A stretch of DNA of 57,753 nt, filler included, from Catajapyx aquilonaris (lineage: Eukaryota), in NCBI GenBank assembly GCA_000934665.2. It is 4 parts of 4 records of this genome, joined end to end, with 100 filler letters (N's around TTAATTAATTAA, not from the genome) between each part and the next. Parts side by side here need not be neighbours in the genome. Positions count along the whole stretch, not along the records: positions 43,422 to 57,753 come from JYFJ02007812.1; 3 more parts are not named here. One strand, written 5' to 3'. Made by a program: the position numbers and the translations under genes. The notes under the pieces are model-generated. The model made no database searches, was not told the origin of the DNA, and saw nothing but the letters and a program-made list of their open reading frames with translations. Below, piece by piece: positions 50,591 to 57,753 of the stretch; the stretch's first letter is position 1; every line of letters begins with the position of its first letter.

Positions 50591-53500
50591 CTTCAATAAT
50601 GCTGAGTCCTTGGTATAATTCACTGTTGCCAGAGGTATGATACTTGCAGCTTGCTGGTTTGCTTCAGGCGAGGTAGTCTAGTCCTCCAGTCGTAGTTGGC
50701 ATGGTCAATCTCCAGGCATGTAATTTCATACTGTTTCTGAAGTCTTCTCTGTTTGTGCATTTATCGAGTCGAGTCTCTTCATTGTTCCATTTCAAGTATC
50801 ATCCCGTGAAAGACAAAATGTGAGTCGTTGTATTCACTGAGACTTCGTCCATCGATGCTCCGTTCAGCTTGAACAAAAATGGCATATCATTATTCATTAT
50901 TCTGCCTCGTTTTAATTCTAATGCAACGGTATTAACCTAATTTCTTCAGTGGGTTTTTTTAATATTGTAATATGAGAGTATGGTGTGAATAGTTGGTGCA
51001 GATTTATTACTGCCTCACTCTGCCGGACTATGGCATTCCCGTTTTGCTGCATGATTCATGATGAAAACATGCGTGATTTTCACAACAGTAATTCTAAGTT
51101 CACAATTAGAAATTATGACAAGTACAGAGTGGGAAGTATGCATAATGACTTCAAACTTGTTCACGGTTCAAAGTGAACCATCACGTGACAAGAACCGTAT
51201 CTCGGTATTGTGCTAACGAAATGGTCAAATGTAAAATTGATGTCACTTTGATGTTGCATGACGGCGTTCATGATGGCTCCATAAGTAGGTAAACGTTACT
51301 GGGGGGCGGTACTTGTGGGAGAATTAAACTTGAAAAATATAGTCAATATGGTGCCGCGATTATGGTTCAGGTACCGAATTTTCCATGCAAGATCAATGCC
51401 GAATTCGAAAATGGGATAATTGCAAGCAAGTCTTGTGGCATTATACTCAGATCACATTACTCCTTTCCATATAGTGGTAGGCCTAATACTTTACAATATT
51501 TGCAATGTTATGCAACATTTTCCACGTGTTCGACCATGTTGTGTCTGGCTGTTTCAGTTGCGGCGGCAGCTCGCTAGCTCTTCGGTCTGTAGTTTTCTCC
51601 GACGGGGCGACAATGCCCTGCGGGACGGCTAAATCCGGGTGGACGTACCGTCGCAGGTACTGTGTGGCTCATCATATTGCTGCTTCTCTGGGCGCCGCGT
51701 CGTCGGTGGCGGCGTATATTTTGAAACCTCTTTTGTATGGGTCATTTTGTGAACTCCCCCGGGTGGTTTGTCTTAACGGAAATACCGCCCGAGACGAAGC
51801 CAGAGACGACCCGGGACCTTAACACCCGTGGGCGCATACGTTACCGCAGCGCCATTGTTGATGTAATTGTTTATAAATTGTTGCTTTCACCCCGGACCGA
51901 TATGATCCTGATTCCTGGTGGCTCTACAGTTTATAGTGTTGTTGTTTTTTTTTACGTTACACTGTACTATGCTGTTGTTCATTACTCCTGCAATTGGGGA
52001 TGTTATTTGGCGACAGGAATGTCGAAAAATCTGTCGTATAGTATTTCATATTAATCTATTACTCGTGTGTTGTTTGAAGCCTGATCGTATCGCATCGACA
52101 TTGAATTAATGTTGCATGCCACCGTGCGCGAGGTCTCCATAACCAGGTAAGAATCATGTAAACGTGATTTGGGGAAAGGTACCTGTTGGACATTGAAACC
52201 TAAAAATATGGTTCCGCGATTATGGTTATGGCTACAACGAACTTCCGTTCTACCAGTTATTTTAGGACAAGATTGCGAGCTTCATTCACAAGTCTCCATG
52301 TGCTCTGCACCATGTGCCCGCGGAGTGTTACTCGTAGGACTTGGATTCGGCGGCCCTTTTCCCATACCCTGAATTTGGCCAGCCTATCTTTCTGAATTAT
52401 GCTATGTAAATGTGAATATTTTGTAACGGATAAAGTTATCGATATGATCTGCACACGGATATGTAGAGGAAGAATGATGGTACAAACCGCAATAAGACAT
52501 TTGTTGGGTTACGCATTTTATTTTCCTGGAGATGTCCTAAGTGAGAATGCCACTTTTGGTATGAACAGTCCAGGAATGAGGTCGTAGCACTAGTTGAGTA
52601 GTTACTGGCAACCGAGGTAGGATTTTACCCAACGACACACCCGTAGCGACCGTGGCGCCCTGGAAATATTTAAAATGCTGAATAATCATATCACGAGAGT
52701 GAACTTAAATAATGTGGAAAAGTTGCTCAAGGTTTTGTTGCTCTTAATAGATAGACTTTGATCTGATATATGTACTGCAGGGTTGGTCTGTAAGGTTGCG
52801 TATATGGACTGACTGGCTTAATGTGGCGATATTTGGACCAATTTCTGTATTATCTTTTTCTTGCACGCTGTAGGTTTTTTGGTTGTACCCAATGTCACTG
52901 ACATGTGAGTCTTAGGCAGCGGAACCTTCGCCACATCGGGCCCCCCCTGGAAAGTAATTTCGTTATGTACTGGTGCTCTTGTGTACTATCATAATTATGG
53001 TGGCTTTTATATGTGACGAGAGGATTTGTCGCCATTTGATGTTGATTATTATTTCTGTAAACAGTGTGGGTGAAACAACATCTGCAACTTTTTGCCACTT
53101 GTCTAATCATTTTCAGAATTATAAATTACGGCAAGCACATGGTGACGTGTATGTAGAATCACTTCCACAGCAATTTTTCAAATGTTGCGAAGTAAACCAC
53201 GTGGCAAGAACCATGTCTGTTATTATGCCAAAGATACCAAGATGAAATATTGTCACATCAATGCCCCTTCGATATTGCATGCCCTCGTGCACAAGATATA
53301 TCTACAAACCGGCATGAATAATTGAAATCAAACATGATTGGGGGGGAGGGGGGGGGGATGTGCGGGAATGAAACCACAAATCATTCGTATTAATTGAAAC
53401 TCTTTATCTGGTCCATTTGCATGACAGAGTCTAATTTTTGGCCAACAATCATAATAATCGTGCCCATGCAAACCATACGAATGCTTGCAAATGCAGATGT

Positions 53501-54085
53501 CATGTTTTATTATTCCTTCAGTTATTGTTGCAACACATCTTTTTACATTTGCTTCAGCAATGATCACAAGAGCATATGCCCCTGTATTAGAAATTTTTGG
53601 GCTGGCCATTTTACAGACAATGAGGAATAAAATATGCATTTGAGGACGTGACAGGCGGACGGGTAAGTGATTTCTATCGCCCTGTTCTTGGGCTGTCGGG
53701 ATGGAGAAGATGCAAGTCGTGTCGATCTGTCTGATGCAGAAGGTCCTCCAGGCTGGAGGCTCCAGCACCTGGAGTCTCCTTGATTGTACATTGTACCATG
53801 AGTCCATGACGATGAGAGTTGGCCACTGATTTTACCCCAAGTTGTTATACATTACAATGTTAATGAATGTACTGCAACTGTCGCCGTTCGCTCTTGGTGG
53901 ACATGGTCAATTCCTCGTGAAGTCTCCATGTGTGGTATTAAACACAAAACTGAGAGAGCGTGTAATTTATTACAGATGAAAACTGTGGCTATCTAAATAT
54001 CTTACTTTCACAAAATATAGGTTACAACGCTTTTTTAAGACAGTTTCATTTTAAAAAATCAACATCCGCATAATAAATTACTAAT

Positions 54086-54485
54086 CAAGTGTAGCGAGAA
54101 TCGGCCAGTTCGGGTCGAACGTCGGAAGTTGAACTCGGAACTCGGAGCTCGGAACGTCGAATGTCGGAAGCAGGAACGGTCGAAGGAACCTTGGAGCAGT
54201 CGATCTTACGAAGAGTCCACCAGTCAGCAGTGACTAAGTCATCTGGATCAAGTCCGGAGACACGGGAGAAGAGTCCCAAGATATCCCTGGAGCCGAGACG
54301 CCGGCGCCAGTACCAGCAGTGAGTATGAGGGTGTCAATTTTGTGCACGCGTTTGTTGATCAATAAATATGTACTGAGGAACTCGCCTTGATTAAGAGTGC
54401 CCCAACCCACTCCATACTGGAGAACCCGGTGGGCATCGGAACCTGCCTTTATTCCCAAGTCACAATCCTAATCCTTAATCCTAAT
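54086..54485 (+). mobile_element. Non-LTR-type insertion with (aatcct)n tail
   Basis: Flanked by taaattactaat / taaattcctaat; single site in paralog at ~50262. Confidence 0.6.
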
Positions 54486-54734
54486 TAAATTCCTAATATG
54501 ACCTACCGTCACAATATGAAAATTACTGACAAGTAAGAGGTATCCCCTGATTGAACTGAAATATTGTGGCAAAGTCGGTCAACAATTTCCCACTATGCAT
54601 CTTTTGTACAGTGATGTGGAGTATAGGAACCGAAAGGACGATAGTATTTTGGGTTTCAAGACCTTACCACTCTGATATTATATTCATTGCCAGTGTGTTG
54701 CAACAATTATGAGTATGCCATGTTTGTAGTTATG

Positions 54735-54995
54735 CGTATTTTCCAAGCGTTTCCATGCGTCCATGCGTTTCTCCCGTGACCCCAAGAGCTATGCCGGCGG
54801 TAGCTTCGTCTACTGGTAGGGCCTCCCAAGCCGGACAGGTCTTTGGGATAGGAGACAGACTAAGAGAGATGCCAGTCTTTCCTCTCTTCTTTTTCCTCTT
54901 CGTTTCTCTCTCCATCTGTCCCACCTTTGCTTCTTCTACAGCAAGATAACCACAGTTGCTTTGGCTTCTTCCTAATAAACCAAACCAAACCAACC
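54735..54995 (+). mobile_element. RTE-related short retroposon with (CAAAC)n tail
   Basis: gagctatgccggcggtagc...tggtagggcctcccaagccggacaggtc resembles RTE 5' UTRs; absent from paralog at ~50550. Confidence 0.65.
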
Positions 54996-57680
54996 ATTAT
55001 TTTGTAGCCAATTTATGTGATATTTAAATGATGTCACTCAGAACTTTCGACCATTATACAGGCCTTTTGATTATGTAGTTGGACTATGGCGTTGCCGTTT
55101 TTCTGCATGATTTTAACAACTGTAGTACCGTATGCCAAGTACAGAGCGGAGTGTATGTAGAGTGAATGGCAACTAACTTTTTCATATTTGAAAGTGAACA
55201 ACATGGCCAAAACCATGTTTTTAATTTGCCAATGAATATGGTAAACTGCATGTGTTTCTTTGGTGTCATCGGCACTGCCCTGCTTGGACTCGGATGAAGC
55301 GGCCTCTCTGCCGTACTCTAAAGTTGTCCAGTGTGTCTTATTGAATCAGTTCCTTGGCTGTGATTGGAGGCTGTCACTGCATCGTGTGTACTCGTGTCGT
55401 TAATCCGCAATATTACTACAACGTGATGTATTACTCAAATTAATAATGCTTTTTTCCGGGAAATTTCATTTCATGTCCCCGTATGCAGTGGTATCATTGT
55501 TGTTGAGTGGACGATTCCTTGTCTTTTGCTCAGGATTTCATCCAGGGGTGTCATGATATATATAACCAATGGAGAGAGTACCGCCGCGACGTCCTTCCAC
55601 TTTAGCTATGCATTCACCCAGTTCCTTATACCAGCTCCTGTTGTTTAGGAGGAATTGGCTATAATATCATCAATCGTTTGTCTTCTTGTGAGATATCTTC
55701 ATCAGTTTGTCTGGTCGGACCGGATGGGATCGGAGTCTGGTCGTGTTGGGAGGGTGGACGACGGAGGTTGAAAGTGGAGAGGCGGGAGAAAGGAAAAGTG
55801 CATGTCCATACAACGGGTGTTCCATAAGTATTATTACATGAACATTTCGTTTCAAAGTGCAATCGGACGCATATTGTTTGTCACAGACCACACATGACTA
55901 GTGTGCAATTTAATGCTTGCAAAAACCCACTTCGATTGCTGCAAGACTTCAATTTACAACACAATCGTTGCACTATGGGAATTTGATGTAAATCTGTAAC
56001 CTCACGTATGAGGAGAAGAGCTCCCCATAGCTCATGCACTTCTGCCTCTTTGTTTTTTTCATTGTGACCTTTATGGTTGCATAATTCTTGAACATATGAC
56101 CACCTATATTGCATGAAAGGATTCTGTAGCATTATTTCCAATCCTGAGGGAGATGGTGCTCAAGAGGCTAATTACTACGTGTACTTGACTTTTTGAATTT
56201 GACAGAGTCAAAAGGGCTGACCTGAACAATGAGGCTCTCCAGCCCAACTACCACGGAATTTATTTACAAAAGGAGTAATTAATACTTAATAAAATCCAAC
56301 AAAGTACAAAATACAAACACTTGTGAAATTAATCAAAGTATTCAGTTAACTTATTGAATTTTAATGAGTATGCTGATCTATCACCTCCAGCGACATCTAT
56401 ACTAGCAGACAATTATTATTATACAAAGTCCAGTCATCTAAGGATGAACTCAATGTAATATGTATTTTATTATATTGCCGCCTCCAATGCCATCCATTCT
56501 TGTGCTCCCGGTGCTTTTTGTATATCAAGTTCATTAGCATGGCCATCCTCATGTTTCGACGTTGGTAAGAGGAACTGGCTCGTTGCTGCTTGCCCCCAGT
56601 ATTACTACAGTATTACACAAGTTCATTGTTATGCATTTTTTCTGGAGATGTCATTGCAACTATAGTGAAAGTGCCACTTTTGTATGAACAGGCCCGGCGC
56701 ATCTTGCTTTTGCATCCGCCACTTTCCTAAGGGGGAATGAGATCGTAGCACTCTAGTTGAGTACTTTTTGGCAAATTGCACAAAACTATTTCTTGGATCA
56801 ACCACATAGTCGTAGCGGTGTCGATTTCTGTTATTTCATATGACTTTTGCGTGGAAACTGTTTTCTTACACTTCGACCATAGAGATTAAAAGGAGGTTTA
56901 TCTATGACCGCGACAGGTCACGGAGATGAAATATTTACCAAAATTTAACAGTTCCTTATTTAAATATTACCCATGGTTTAGTAGTGTTGTAATGATGCAA
57001 ATAACTGACGTCAGTGTAAATAATTGTGTGAAATTATACTGTGCATTGATCGGTGGTTTCCAAGTAAGTACCAGTTCTGTGACCCCTCTTGAGCGAAGTA
57101 CCATGCAATTTGTGACGTTCAGGTGTACGTTAGGCCTGGTACGTCATGTAATGGAACTCATGTGGTTTGTCCTGCTTGACCTACAATTAGGCGAGAAAGC
57201 CATGGGGTTGAAAGTGTTATATTTATTTATCCATACGTGCTCAATTTAATTCATTTCGTTATATAAGTTATGTGAAGGGAAATGTAAACTCATTTCAGCT
57301 GAATATCAATTATTTCATTTTAAAACTAATTTAATGTGACTAATTTTGAACGAATGGCATGCTCAACAGGATTTTTTTTCATTAATGATGATTATGGTGG
57401 GCAAGATGATCAGGCTGTGTGTGCAGTTAATAATTGGTTTCCTACTTCAGTTTCTGTGATAGTTCACACATATTAAGCGATGGGTTAATGAGTCGGACTC
57501 TTGCCCACATGTAGATGGTGAGTCCCTCCCAACTACTGTCCTCTTCTAGAGGAAACAGAATCTCAAAACCGGAGTGTTTCAAGTAAGGTTTGTGTTGATT
57601 TTGTTATGAGAATACTCAATCTTGATTAGGATACAAGTTATGGTGCCAGGCAGTTCCTGCTCCACAGCTGGTCATGGCAC

Positions 57681-57753
57681 TGTGACAGGGATGGACACAA
57701 AGACGAACAAACGTGGGTTTCGCTTAAATGAATGGTGTTTATTTCACCGTAAC
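57681..57753 (-). mobile_element. Possible LTR end truncated by window edge
   Basis: tgtgacagg terminus with minus-strand AATAAA ~55 nt inside. Confidence 0.35.

Noticed and set aside
56150..56411. Solo LTR
   Set aside because: Has tagatgtcgct and AATAAA on the minus strand but no consistent TG...CA ends with TSD

Overview
Repeat-rich animal (most likely arthropod) genomic DNA, not prokaryotic. The window is four unrelated ~14.3-14.4 kb contigs joined by artificial 100-nt linkers (N44-TTAATTAATTAA-N44), so adjacency across linkers is meaningless. Contig 1 (1-14423): last two coding exons of ribosomal protein S27, a frameshifted patched-related fragment, and dense TEs, including a near-perfect ~420-bp-arm mariner foldback inside an RpS27 intron. 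Contig 2 (14524-28881): an LTR retrotransposon inserted into a SPOP-like BTB gene, an intact two-exon ionotropic receptor (IR) with a foldback element in its intron, and local duplications that provide empty/filled insertion-site pairs. Contig 3 (28982-43321): 11 phase-consistent exons of THADA with TE-filled introns. Contig 4 (43422-57753): no recognisable host gene; a shuffled mosaic of recurring degenerate coding-like modules around two Tc1 transposase relics, which is the least explained region. All calls come from reading motifs by eye; no searches were run.
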